A DNA stretch of 63,311 nucleotides from Chiloscyllium plagiosum. Taxonomy: Eukaryota. The stretch is from assembly GCF_004010195.1 (NCBI RefSeq), contig NC_057718.1, positions 35,478,161 through 35,541,471 of the forward strand, written 5' to 3'. How positions within the stretch are numbered: the first letter of the stretch is position 1; each line of letters opens with the position of its first letter. The notes under the pieces were generated by a model. It made no database searches. It worked only from the letters and a program-made list of their open reading frames with translations, and was not told where the DNA came from. The position numbers and the translations under genes are program-made. This document shows, piece by piece, positions 1 through 11,370 of the stretch.

Positions 1-2049
1 CTTATATTTTCATCATATTTACATGGTGGACATTAGGATACATCGCATTGCAATAAGGACATGCCATCCAATGTTTATTTATAACAGTATGACTGTCAAT
101 CTGCATAACTGCTAGGTAATTATGTCCAATAATGTTCACCTTGTAAACAGAATTTATTTTCCAAAACTTAAGTCAATAATGGTCATGATTACTTTCCAAT
201 ATAGTTTATATTACCACTCTAGCAGTTTACTCTGTTACTAAAAATCTTGAAATTGGTTTTCTTACAGTAATACAGTACAGTATGTGTTACACATTCTTAA
301 AACTTCCTACAATTTTAAACTCAAAGTTTCTCACGCTAATTGAATTCCACTGATGAAAGGTCCTTTTCCAGAGCTCATTCAAAGTAGCACCACCTAGGGC
401 TAGTTAGAGGATATTCAACCATGGAAGGCATCAAGATCCTGTCCTATCTTCACTCAATATTAATCCATGTACAAGGGTTATTGGACTGCTATCTGGGCAA
501 AAGCATTGCCTGATTTGCCTCCTCCTTGTCAAAAACCACTGAAGCCAATAATGAGATCTTATCCCCTCACCCCACCACCCAGGACAAACCAAGTACTGAA
601 CATGAGACTTTCTGGTCTGCACTTTTTTACAGTATCCCACCCAATATCCTCCACACTAACATATTAGAATAGTTTGTTCTTAGCCATCTGCCTTTTCCTT
701 ACAGAATCCTTTAGGGCTGCACTCCTTTCCCAGGTTAAGACTTGTACCAAAGGCACTAACATTGATGCTGTGTGATGACCATTGGACCTTTTTCTCCTCT
801 CATTGGTAAGTAAGGTAGGTGTAAATGGGAAGTATGGGGCCTTCAGCTTGATGATGAGATTGGCAATAGACCCGACTGAAAGATATTGGATGTGAAACTC
901 CACAGAAAGACTGTTGTGCCAAATGCAGTTCTCACAATCAGTTCTCATGATCAGAATGGATTGGCAAATGCTCTGAACAAAGCAAAATACTCTTAACTTG
1001 TGGCATGTAGACCTGTGCCAAAAGCGGGAAAAGATTTCAACAGCATAGCAACAAAATCAATTTCTGTTTGTTAAAGCTAAGTTCAGGGTTGTGCAGGCAA
1101 ATTAATAATTATATAATGTGCGGGGACAATCTCACCTGGCCTCTGTGTGTAGCAATATTGTCAACAAATTCCCAAACTTGTTATCTGATGGCTATTTTCA
1201 GCAAACATTTTTGTTGTATAACAAATTGCGCTGATTCTCTCCACGGTTTTTGTACAAGTTGAAGCCTGAGGAAACCATTGTGATCTACAAACACCCCCCC
1301 CCCCACTTAATTCATTTTCTTTCATAAAGAAGGTTGATAACTGTGAAATTATCATTATGGAATCACCAGGGTTACAATGTTGGTCAACTTCCCGCTCCAT
1401 GGGTCCAAACACACAAGGGTCAATGATAGCACTTATATCAATGCTCTAGTTGAGAACAGCCACCTCAGCATTGACTAGGGACCGAACCAGGCACTCTTGA
1501 TCCTCTGTGGCTTAAGTATTAACCCTGCATAACCATTAGAGCTCATGTTCATTAACTTTGCTAATGTCAGCAATCATTAAACACATCCATATGGCTATTA
1601 ATACATCTCATATGTCACACTGAATCCTGAAAGTTCAAATAAACAGAGCAAAATGGTTTCATCTGGTTTAAATAGGTCAGTTGATTATTTACTACAACAC
1701 AAAGGATATTTAAGCCAAACTAAGATAAACAATGAATATCTCTGTTACCGTGTAACTACTCTGAGATCAGATAAATCCAGGATTTCTTTCCCCTCGAACA
1801 CATGATAAACTGGAGGACTACAGTGTCTGCTTTCATTCCAAGATTACTGATTGTAAAATTAAAACTACATTTGTTAATACAGTACGAGTAATATAAGATG
1901 AAAGGAGCAGAATTATCGTCAGTGATTGAGATAAGAATCATATATGGCTGAAAATTCAAAGATGAAAGATTGTGCATGCAACAATTTGGCTGATTATTCT
2001 ACTTATAGCTTGTCACCTTTACCATCAGTTTTGGTTCCATTTGCAACAG

Positions 2050-2260
2050 TCTCGTCTGAGTAGGAAGTTTGTAGTTTTAAGACTGACTACAAATCCTGAA
2101 AATGTCACCAGTGTAGTGTGCCAGATGTGCTATCCTTTGAATAAAGCGAGGCCCCATCTGTTTGTTCAGACTGATGTGAAAGGTCTCATGGCACTATTTG
2201 AGGCAGAGCGGAAAAAATCAGCAAAGAATCTGTGCTGTGTACTTTCCTCAGCCAATCCCA
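2050..2260 (+). mobile_element. Decayed DeuSINE/SacSINE1-like SINE
   Basis: Contains GATGTGAAAGGTCTCATGGCACTATTTGAGGCAGAGC, resembling the Deu-domain core (GATGTAAAAGATCCCATGGCACTATTCGAAGAAGAGC); recognised from memory, boundaries approximate. Confidence 0.5.
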
Positions 2261-2289
2261 GCAAAGGTAAGATTTTGGGGAGACTGTGA

Positions 2290-2705
2290 CAGAATGGTAA
2301 TGTTCCTGGACTAATAATCCAGAACCCCAGGCTAATGCTTTGAGAACATGAGTTCAAATCCTACCTCAGCCGATGTGGTTGACTCTTTACTGCTCTCTGA
2401 AGTGGCCTTAACAAGCCACTCATATCACGGATCAATTAGAAAGGGGTAATAAGTGCTGGCGCAATCAACAATGACCATATCCTATGAGCAAGGAAAAGTA
2501 AAGCCCTGTTGGAATAGGGACTGAACCTCTGCTATAGGCATCAATCTGATCTGCTAATGTCTTGTGGGGAAGGAAACTGCCATGCTTACCTGGCCTAGCC
2601 TACTTGTGACTTCAGACGCACAGCATTGTGGTTGACTCTTAACTGCCCTCTGGGATGGGTAATAAATGCTGGCCTAGCCAGTGATGCCATCATCCCATGA
2701 ATTAT
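2290..2705 (+). mobile_element. Two adjacent LINE/SINE 3'-tail fragments
   Basis: Motif TGTGGTTGACTCTT..CTGC.CTCTG...AATAA.TGCTGGC occurs twice; the same tail closes the LINE at ~10480-10520. Confidence 0.4.
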
Positions 2706-2749
2706 CACATTGTCTGCTATTACACAAAACCCATTTATAGCCACTAATA

Positions 2750-3010
2750 TTCCCATTAGCAGCCATTCATTCTTGGAGACTGACCACTATCCACTCCTTT
2801 GTCTGTCCAACTGCGCTTCTATCTCTTTGGGTGCTATCTCCACTTATTGTGTACCCCTTACTGCCTCCCCACACCACCCCACCCCATTTTCTGCATTAAA
2901 AAAATACTCTTTCCAGCTACAATCAGTTCTGAAGAAAGGTCACCGGACCCAAAACGCTAACTCTGTTTTCTCTCCACAAATGCTGCCAGACCTGTTGAAT
3001 TTTCCCATTA
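2750..3010 (+). mobile_element. Penelope-like terminal repeat (pLTR) fragment with decayed hammerhead core
   Basis: Pyrimidine-rich tract followed by CTGAAGA-AAGGTC-ACCG-GACCC-AAAACGCT (~2929-2958), a mutated CTGANGA/helix II/GAAAC motif. Confidence 0.45.
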
Positions 3011-4199
3011 GAACTTTGTTGCTTAAGAGGTTATTGCATAATCCAAAACAAAACAAAAAACCTCAGCGTTAATTCTTCACTGGATTTGCAAACTGTGGTT
3101 CTATTTTCCTTTAAAGAAAAAAAAAGCCTCACTGTTTTCAAAGCTCTGACCTTGTGGCAGGGAATGACAGTATATTCAAGCTCCAATAATGGTGCCTCAA
3201 GGAGGGGTAGGATATGGGCTCAGACATGTAATTGCTCATAAGTCGACGTTCCAACCTCGGGCTCACAGCCAGGAGAAGGTGCCAAGTACAGACTTGCACT
3301 TCTCCGAAAGGACAGGGAAGAAGTCAGAGGGAGAGCCACTCCAGGCATACTTCCCACACCTCCTGGCACCAGATAGAACACAGCATTGGCAGCAGACTGG
3401 CAGGGAGCCACGTTCATGTTTCTTTGTCTATCGTCTGGTGCAAGACATGGGAAGATTTGAAGATGTGCAAAAAGAGAGAAAAGCAGCACATGAAATATTA
3501 AGGGAAGGAATTGCCCTGTGTATTGTATTTATGCTGCTGGAACATATTTATTTTCCAAATGATGGTTGACTTTTCCAACAACTCAGTGAAATGTTTACCA
3601 AGAAGAAAGCTGCGAAGTTTGGAAACCTATAAGTAGGAAATGCTGGAATTATACAGCAAAAGTAATTTTCTTGATGCACACTCCTCTTTGTTTTGATTTT
3701 CTGATCATTCATTTAAGTTGTCAGATAATCACACACATGACACAACTGAATCTCCCAGTGGGCAAGACTCTATCAAAAGCATGAAAGTACAAATTAGGAG
3801 CCTTTTTGCAAATGCTTCCCAACATGCAGAGTACTTCCAGTTTTTTTAAATTGAGGCTACATGCTTAAACTGCTAATCAGAGCCTGTCTAATACCCTACA
3901 ATATCCCGATACAGTCAATTATAGCAAACAAAAAGACTATCTAGTATGTAACAAAAGGCACAGTTATGCTTCTCTGAAGCAAGTGAGTAAAGACTCTGGC
4001 CAGGTTTAATTCCTGGTCAAAGCTGAGTTCCACAATCTCCACAGAAAGTTGCTAATCGCCATCGGTGGTGCATAGTGTGCAAGGAGACATGGAAATGGAG
4101 CAAGTTTCCTGCTCATAGTGACAACCCAATTCTGGAAAGTGCATGCACATAGCTACCAGTAAGATCTGAATCAGACTTTCATTATACCTTTGGCAGGGT

Positions 4200-4395
4200 T
4201 TGCTTCAGTTGGCAGGATGGCTGGTTTGTGATCCAGGCTAAAGCCATTAGTATTGGTTCAATTCCCCCACTGGCTGAAGTTACCACAAAGGTCTCTCCTT
4301 CTCACCCTCTCCCCTGACCTGAGGTGCAATACTGTTCAGGATAAACCACCACAAGTTGAGAGAGCAGCCCTCTCGGACTGTGGTGGCTTTACCTT
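4200..4395 (+). mobile_element. tRNA-derived SINE-like repeat
   Basis: B-box-like GGTTCAATTCC followed by a body that recurs in reverse orientation at ~61830-62020 and ~52250-52350. Confidence 0.45.
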
Positions 4396-4417
4396 AACCT
4401 GTACACTCTGCAGTCAA

Positions 4418-4627
4418 CATTGGAGTGGTGCTGGAAAAGCACAGCAGGTCAGGAAAATCGACGTTTCGGGCAAAAGCCCTTCATCAGGAATGTGAAGCCC
4501 TAATGAAGGGCTTTTGCCCGAAATGTCGATTTTCCTGCTCTTTAGATGCTGCCTGACCTGCTGTGCTTTTCCAGCTTCACTCTAATCTTGACTCTAATCT
4601 TCAGCATCTTTAGTACACACCTCCACT
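4418..4627. mobile_element. Palindromic non-autonomous Penelope-derived element (family A)
   Basis: Two inverted arms (GCTGGAAAAGCACAGCAGGTCAGG...TTCATCAGG / CCTAATGAAGGG...CTGTGCTTTTCCAGC); flanked by an 18-bp direct repeat TGTA(C/T)ACTCTGCAGTCAA at 4400-4417 and 4628-4645. Confidence 0.75.
4456..4491 (-). ncRNA. Minimal type-I hammerhead ribozyme motif (family A)
   Basis: Minus strand reads ATTC-CTGATGA-A-GGGC-TTTT-GCCC-GAAA-C-GTC-GATT: intact core, 4-bp helix II, loopless palindromic helix III (ACGT) and GUC cleavage triplet. Confidence 0.65.
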
Positions 4628-4924
4628 TGTATACTCTGCAGTCAAACATCACTCACTGTCTGGGATCGAGGGAGAACTGATGTTGTCATTGGCAAGTGTC
4701 GCTCTCAGAGGGAATTGGTCTGGAAATTGTAGGCCTGAAGCATCTGATTTTCTGTTCATTTAAGTTAACAAGCAGAAAAAGACTTGTTTTCCTGAGCAGT
4801 GCTCCACCATCAGCTGCAAGCAGTACATGAAGAATGGGCATTTAGCCAAGGTTTCAGAGGCCTGCTGGCAACCACACTAGCTGGGCCTCAGCCAAGCCTT
4901 CAAGAGAAGAGGAGGAAAATGAGG

Positions 4925-5280
4925 ATGGGGTGGTACAGTGGCTCAGCAGTTAGCATTGCTACCTCACAGAACCAGGAACCTGAGTTCAATTCCAGATTCA
5001 GGTGACTGCATTAGTTTAGTTTGCACATTCTCCCCATGACTGCATGCATTTCCTCAGGGTGCTCCAGTTTCCTCTCACAGTCCAAAGGTGTGCAGGTTAG
5101 GTGGATTGACCACGCTAAATTGTCCATAGTGTTTAGGAATGTGTGGGCAAGGTGGATTAGCCATGAGAAATGCAGGCTTACAAGGATAGGGTAGGGGGCT
5201 GAGTCTGGATGGGATGCTCTTCAAGGATCATTGCAGATTCAGTACGCCAAGTAGCCTCTCCTTACATTGTGAGGCTTCTA
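4925..5280 (+). mobile_element. HE1-type (V-SINE-like) tRNA-derived SINE
   Basis: A-box GGTACAGTGGCTCAGCAGTTAGC, B-box GAGTTCAATTCC, core GTTTGCACATTCTCCCC...GGTGCTCCAGTTTCCTC. Confidence 0.75.
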
Positions 5281-6984
5281 TAAAAATTCAAGGTGCTATA
5301 AAGCTTTTGTTAATCACTTATTGAAGAAAACCCAGTGTCAAAATATGCTACCATGCTTCTCAAATATTCTAATTAAAGGACAGTGAGTTATAAATGTGCT
5401 AAAGGTGGATAAAACATGTTTTCATTTGAACCCACATGTGGTGGTTTATATATATCCATACACAGTAATATCAAATATAAGCCTCTGACCTCTGGGGGAG
5501 GGACTTTCACAATTATTAATGAATCATTCTGAGAAAGAGTGAAACCTGGCTGAATTAGGTTGGACGTGGTAAAGCACAGCTCATAGAGTTGGATCGATGA
5601 GTGGCATTCACTGTTCCCAAGTTTCAGCAAACATACAGAACAGACATGCCTCAAACAGGGCCTGAGCCCTCGAAAGAAATAAATCACCTGGAAGTAGGTC
5701 AGCAAAACAAAAGTGCTGATCACAGATTCATAGAATGGTAACGGCACATAATGAGGCCATTTGGCATGTTGTACCTGTGCTGGCTCTCTGTCGAAGTAAT
5801 TTATCCAGTGCCACTCATCACAACTCCCCCAGAGCACTGCACATTCTTCCTTCTCAGGTAATTATCTAATTCCACTTTGGATGCTTCAATTGAATCAAGC
5901 TCCATACTCAGGCCAAGAAATGAGCGACATGTGTAAGCTAAGAGCTCCCTCTGCAGTTCTCACTGTGTATTGTGAACTAAATCTATTTGCATTATCTATG
6001 GGTGTGACTTGATCTTTCAAAATTAAGTAGCCTTCTTTTTTTGAAGGGTCATCAATCATTGACCCAAAATATTGGCTCTGTCTGTTCCCATGCATGCTTC
6101 CATGGCCAACTCACTACTTCCAATATTTTCCAGGAGATTACAGGCTATGCCATGGGGCTCTGGTGATACAGTGGTCACGTCTCTTCCTCTGGGCCAGCAG
6201 ACTTAGGTTCAAGTCCCACCTAGTCCAGAGGAGTGGCATAACTTATCTAAATTAGTTGATTAAAGATATCTACATATTATGCCATGACAGTGGATCAAGT
6301 GGTCATTTCCTGAGCCTTATGTACCTCTGTAGTCTGAGGAACACACTGGACAGGCGAAGCGGTCAAGAGGAGGATGAGACTCCCAGCATCACACAGTACC
6401 TCTTATATCACCAAAGTGTTGTGATACAAATAGTCACGTTGAAGCCTATTCACACAAGATGACTTCCATTTGTACAAGGTGAAAACATTCCCAAAGACAA
6501 TGGAATGAATGGATAAACATAACAAAGCATATTATAATACAGGCATTTTGGGCAACTTCCAGGGGTTAGGTATTATTTTCATTAAACTTCAGTATAGAGT
6601 ATTTCTTTTCCACTGCCATTGTCCCCCAATACTTGAGTCACCCACACTCCACTGTCGCCCAAAGGAGTGTTGGTAGATTGGGTAAAGCTGGCCACCAAAA
6701 TTGCCCTGTGAAAAACAGATCTTTCTCAATGTTGGCCCTGGCAAATTTCACAAGCTTACTTTGGAATTGCTTTTGGCTCGACAAGACCAACAAGTACTTA
6801 ATCCTTTGTAAAAGGAGGATGGGCGCATGTTCTTTTGAACCTGAGCAAACCAACTCTTTGTCCCCTTCACTGTTACGTCGGATAACTTGACAGTGCTGAG
6901 GATACTATTCTGAGGCGTTGGCTCAAGCAACGAAAAACTATGAGCAGCACATAGTCAAGGACAAAGAAAGAGTGGGCTCTCCCT

Positions 6985-7290
6985 CCATAGAGTTATACAG
7001 TGCAGACCAGGCCCTTCAGCCCTTTGAGTCTGTGCTGGTCTACCTACACTAATCCCACTTACCAGCACTTGACCCATAGCCTTCAATGTTACAATACTTC
7101 AAATGCTCATGCCCATATTTTTTGAATGTTGTCAGGTTTCCCGCTCTACGTCCCTCCCAAGCAGTGTATTCCGAATACCCACCACCCACTGGGTGAAAAA
7201 CATTTCCTCAAATCCCATTAACCCTTCCACCTTAAAATTATGCCTCTCATTATTGACCTTCAACTAAGGACAACAGATGCTTCCTAACTA
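6985..7290 (-). mobile_element. CR1 LINE 3' fragment
   Basis: Resembles the CR1 3' ends elsewhere in the window (catagag...tacag start, accacccactgggtgaaaaa). Confidence 0.5.
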
Positions 7291-8062
7291 GAGGAGGGAC
7301 TCCAAGTTGTGACTCTGGGCACAGGTGTGTTACCCCATTTATGCACCATGGAGATTGAAAACAGGGCCATTGATGGCCAATTTCTTGGTAAGCAAAGGGG
7401 AATATGCCCAGTGTTGCCCTAACCCTGATGGCCACCATGGTGTGTGGCTGCTCCATGTTTTGTATAAATCATTGGTACATAAACATCAAGTATCAATACA
7501 TGCTATTGTATCAACCCCCAAACTGAGGGAGAGGCAAGTAAAGACAATGAATGAGTACTTAGCAATGAATGTAATGGTTATACTGGAGCTCCACTTTGAG
7601 ATGTACAAAGCGAGTCAGACTAGTTTGTGTCATTCACAAGTTTTCTTGATTTTCTCTTCCAGGGGCAGCTGCCACTAAAGGTCAAAGGGTGAAGGCGATA
7701 GTCAAAGGCACTCCTACCACAGCTTCCCAAGGGGTTGCAGACCCTTCGGCTTGCTTGCACCAGTGGATGTCTAACAAAAGTGTAAATGGACATTGTGATA
7801 ATGACCCATAGTCGGAGGTTTAATGAGAGATCTCAGAGTGCCTCACACACTGCATTGAAAGAAATTGAACTGTCTTGTACTTTACGTATATGCTAAATTT
7901 GAATCTCTTTGTGATATGTTCTGGATAAAATAAATAAAAGAACAGTTTCTTCCTTGCTCACACGCAAAGAATAGTCATTTGGGCTGAATTGCAGGAGGGG
8001 TAGAGGAATAATAACATTAATAAAATCACTTTTCAGGACAGTCAGGGCATAGTCTTGTCATT

Positions 8063-8081
8063 TAGCGCCCTCTGCTGCTGG
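8063..8081 (-). promoter_or_regulatory. Candidate CTCF binding site
   Basis: Minus strand CCAGCAGCAGAGGGCGCTA closely fits the CTCF core in apparently non-repetitive DNA; motif match only. Confidence 0.4.
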
Positions 8082-8140
8082 ATAGTTGAATTTCCAATTA
8101 AAATTGTAGTAGTTCCCTCTCAACAGGTAGAAGGCAACAG

Positions 8141-8274
8141 GTAATTCCTGATGAAGGGCTTTTAACTGAAACATTGATTCTCCTGCTCCTCGGATGCTGC
8201 CTGACCTGCTGTGCTTTTCCAGCACCACACTCTCAACTCTAATCCCCAGTATGTGCAGTCCTCACTTTGTCCTG
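8141..8274 (+). mobile_element. Single arm of family A Penelope-derived element
   Basis: ATTCCTGATGAAGGGCTTTTAACTGAAACATTGATTCTCCTGCTCCTCGGATGCTGCC...; TCTCAACAGGTA repeated on both sides. Confidence 0.6.
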
Positions 8275-8379
8275 TCTCAACAGGTATCCATGTCGCAAGG
8301 GAAAAAAAAATCAAACCTTTTTAGAACCATCAAGACATATAAACAAAGTATCTTGTTCTAAGTATCTTTTCTCAAAATA

Positions 8380-10525
8380 TCGCGGAATGAGGAAGCCTGG
8401 GTAGAATCAAGCTGGTCTTAAGGTGCTCAAGTTTGGTAGGGTGTCTGGGAGGAGTTTTGAGGGGGAAAGGTGTCCCCATGTTTCTACTCCAATTGCTGCC
8501 CAGTGACTCCTTCCTCCACTGCATTGGTGGACATTATTTGGAGAAAGTGTTAAAGGCAATTCAGGACTTAGCATCCATGAGCCACTGTGGGCAATCAGCA
8601 ACAGTAGAATTGCACTCCAGTACAACCTGTAACCTGGCACGTCCCCTATGCTGCCATTACTATCAAGCCACGGAGTCAACACTGATTCAATGGAGACTGC
8701 AGGAGGACATGTCAGGAGCAGCTTCAGGCATATCCAAGAATGGAAAACTATCTGGTGAAGCTACACAACAGGAACACTTATGGGCCTAACAGAATAAGCT
8801 GCATGTGATAACGGATTCCACAGCCAACAGATCAGATCTAAGTTCTGCAGTCCTGCCACATGTTGTGAACAGCAATTCATCAACTTGCTGAAGGAGAACT
8901 CGCCCCAAATAACCACATCGTCAATGATGGAGAAGCACAGTAGATTAGTGCAAAAGATTTATAACACTATTTAGCCAGATGTACTGGGTGGATGATCTAT
9001 CCCAGTCTCCTTCAGACATCCCCAGCATTACAGTCTTCAGCCATTGTGATTCGCTCCACCTAATGTTAAGAAAATTCTAATGTCACTGGACACTGCAAAG
9101 TCTGTGGGCTTGGACAACAACACTGAAGACTTGTGCTCCAAGATGTGCCATGTCCCTAAACCAAGTTGTTCCAGTACAGGTATAATGCTCGCTTTGAACC
9201 AACACTATGGAAAGTTGCCCAGGTATGACGTATTCACAAAAAGGACAAATCTAAGCCAACCAATTGCAGACACATTGGTCTACTTTTGATCATGAATAAA
9301 ATGACAGATCGGGTGAGCAACAATGCTTTCAAGCATCACCTGCTTCACACCAACCTGCTTCGCACCAACCTGCTTCGCACCAACCTGCTTCGCACCAACC
9401 TGCTTACTGACACTCAGCTTCTGTTCAGGCAGGACCACTGGACAGAGGACATGGACAGAGGAGCTGAATTCCAGAGCTGAGGCGAGAATGACAGCCCTTG
9501 GCGTCAATGTCACATTGACCCTGTGGAGCTTCAAGGACCCCTATAAAAACTGGAGTTAATGGGATTCAAGGGGAAAGCTGTCCATGGAATATAGTCATAG
9601 CTGGCAATTAGGAAAATGGCCGCAGTTGTTGGAGGTCAGTCATCTCAGGTCCAGGACTTCTCTGCGGGTATTCATCAGGATAGTGCCCTAAGCCCAAGCA
9701 TCTTCAGCTAGTTCTTAAATGATCTAGCCTCCATCATAATGGGGATGTTTGCTACTAATTGCATAAAGTTTAGCATGTTCACTACTCCTGAGAAAATGAA
9801 ATAATCCATGTCTGATTGCAGCAATGTCTGGGCAATATCCAGGACTGGGCTGGCAAGTGACCATCATGCCGTACAAGTGCCAGGCAACGAACATCTCTAA
9901 GAAGAGAGATATTCAATGGTATCACCATCACTGAATCCCCACTACCAACACCATTGACAAGAAACTGAACTGAACTATCCTTAGAAATAATGTATCTTCA
10001 AGAGCAAGTCCATCATCTACAAGTCAGGAGTGTGATGGAATACACCCCCTTGTCTGGATGGGTGCAGCTCCAACACCATTCAAAAGATTGACACTATCCA
10101 GGACAAAGCAGTGAACGTGATTGGCACCACATGCACAAACATTCACTCCTTTCACCACCGGCACTCAGTAGCAGCAGTGTACAATATCGAGAAGGAATAG
10201 GGCAGAAATTCACCAAGGCTCCTTCAAAGACACCTCAGAGAAACCATGACAACTGCCATCTGGATGGAGAAGGGCAGCAGATACATTGGAACAATATCAG
10301 CTGCAATTTACCATCCTAGTCGCCTATCACAGTGACATGGAAAGATCTTGCACCCTTTGGGTGAAAGTCTGAGTATTCCATTGCTAATGGCATTATGGGT
10401 GAGCCCAGCCACAACAGACTGCAGCAATTCTAAACAGCGGCTCATCACTGCCTTCTCAAAAGCATCGAGGGATGCATAATAAATGCCAGCCTCTCCAGTG
10501 ACGCCCATGTCCCATGAATAAATTT
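8380..10525 (+). mobile_element. Highly decayed CR1/L2-clade LINE (ORF2 RT region and 3' tail)
   Basis: Residual RT-like stretches (KHHLL..NLLTDTQL; SAGIHQDSALSPSIF) with many stops; ends in ATAAATGCCAGCC...CCCATGAATAA. Confidence 0.6.
9338..9405. repeat. 15-bp tandem repeat (CACCAACCTGCTTCG), ~4.5 copies
   Basis: Directly visible; gives the RTNLL/APTCF/AKQVG repeats in the ORF track. Confidence 0.9.
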
Positions 10526-10644
10526 TAAAAATTAACATCAGCTCCAGGATTTTAAAGTGCTTTTGATAAATTGGTATTCCCTGGAATACATTTCAGAAAT
10601 TTAAGTATTGTAATTAGCCAGTTCCACAGGACCTCCACCAATTA

Positions 10645-10825
10645 CAAGGAACCTCAATCATCCAAAGGACACGGGCAATAAGTATTTAATGCGGTTAATA
10701 AAATTCTGGATAATCAAATCCCGGATAATATAGTTTAGCCGAGCATCAGGATCTTGCAATCTTGCGATCTTGCCAGATAATCCGATATTCGGATAATCAA
10801 ATGCCAGATAATTGAGGTTCCTCTG
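10645..10825. mobile_element. Tigger/pogo (Tc1/mariner)-like MITE
   Basis: Imperfect TIRs CAAGGAACCTCAATCATCC ... AGATAATTGAGGTTCCTCTG, TA on both flanks, internal repeats of GGATAATC. Confidence 0.65.
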
Positions 10826-11148
10826 TAATATGTAAAGGTTTGGATATCACACAAGCATAAGATTCCATTGCTGCTTTTTGCCTGGTCACTGATTCTTATT
10901 CAATTTCTAGCACTTGTCTTAGTGTCAGGTTTTCGGGAGAGAGAAGCTACAAATGAATCGGGTGCTGTAGATGGAGGAGGTGTCAGAGTGTCATGATGGC
11001 TGACAATATAACTGGGGTATAGGGAGGTGAAGATGCAGAGATTGAACTCAGATACAAAAAGGATAGGGCTATGAGACATTAAGCAGCAGGAGGCTGTGGA
11101 CAGAGTCTGCTAGAATAGTCTGGGTTACTCACTGTCTGGACTCAGAAC

Positions 11149-11370
11149 AAAGTTAAAAGTCACACGCCAGGTTATAGTGCAACAGGTTTATTTGGAAGCA
11201 CAAGCTTTCGGAGTGCCACTCCTTCATCACGTGGTTGTGGAGAACACAAACACCTGATGAAGGAGCGCCGCTCCGAAAGCTAGTGATTCCAATTAAACCT
11301 TTTGGACTATAACCTGGTGTTGTGTGATTTTTAACTTTGTGCACCCCAGTCCAACACCGGCATCTCCGAA
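11149..11370. mobile_element. Palindromic non-autonomous Penelope-derived element (family B)
   Basis: Arms of ~85 bp in inverted orientation around a ~20-nt spacer; direct repeat TCTGGACTCAGAAC at 11135-11148 and 11371-11384. Confidence 0.8.
11251..11285 (+). ncRNA. Minimal type-I hammerhead ribozyme motif (family B)
   Basis: CAC-CTGATGA-A-GGAGC-GCC-GCTCC-GAAA-G-CTA-GTG: helix I CAC/GTG, 5-bp helix II, palindromic helix III AGCT, CUA triplet (predicted cut after 11282). Confidence 0.7.

Noticed and set aside
664..948. 94-aa minus-strand ORF near window start
   Set aside because: No recognisable motifs or splice context.
2170..2266. Exon-like segment with AG acceptor and GTAAGA donor, open frame TDVKGLMALFEAER…
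   Set aside because: It overlaps a DeuSINE-like repeat core; there is no evidence for exonisation.
3189..3569. 126-aa + strand ORF (and overlapping 89-aa ORFs) in moderately GC-rich non-repeat DNA
   Set aside because: No recognisable domain in any of six frames and no convincing paired splice sites; could be chance or non-coding regulatory DNA.
4925..5000. tRNA-like A and B boxes as a tRNA gene
   Set aside because: Head of an HE1-type SINE; no complete cloverleaf.
9338..9405. Short regular repeats as a possible CRISPR-like array
   Set aside because: No spacers; simple head-to-tail tandem repeat in vertebrate DNA.
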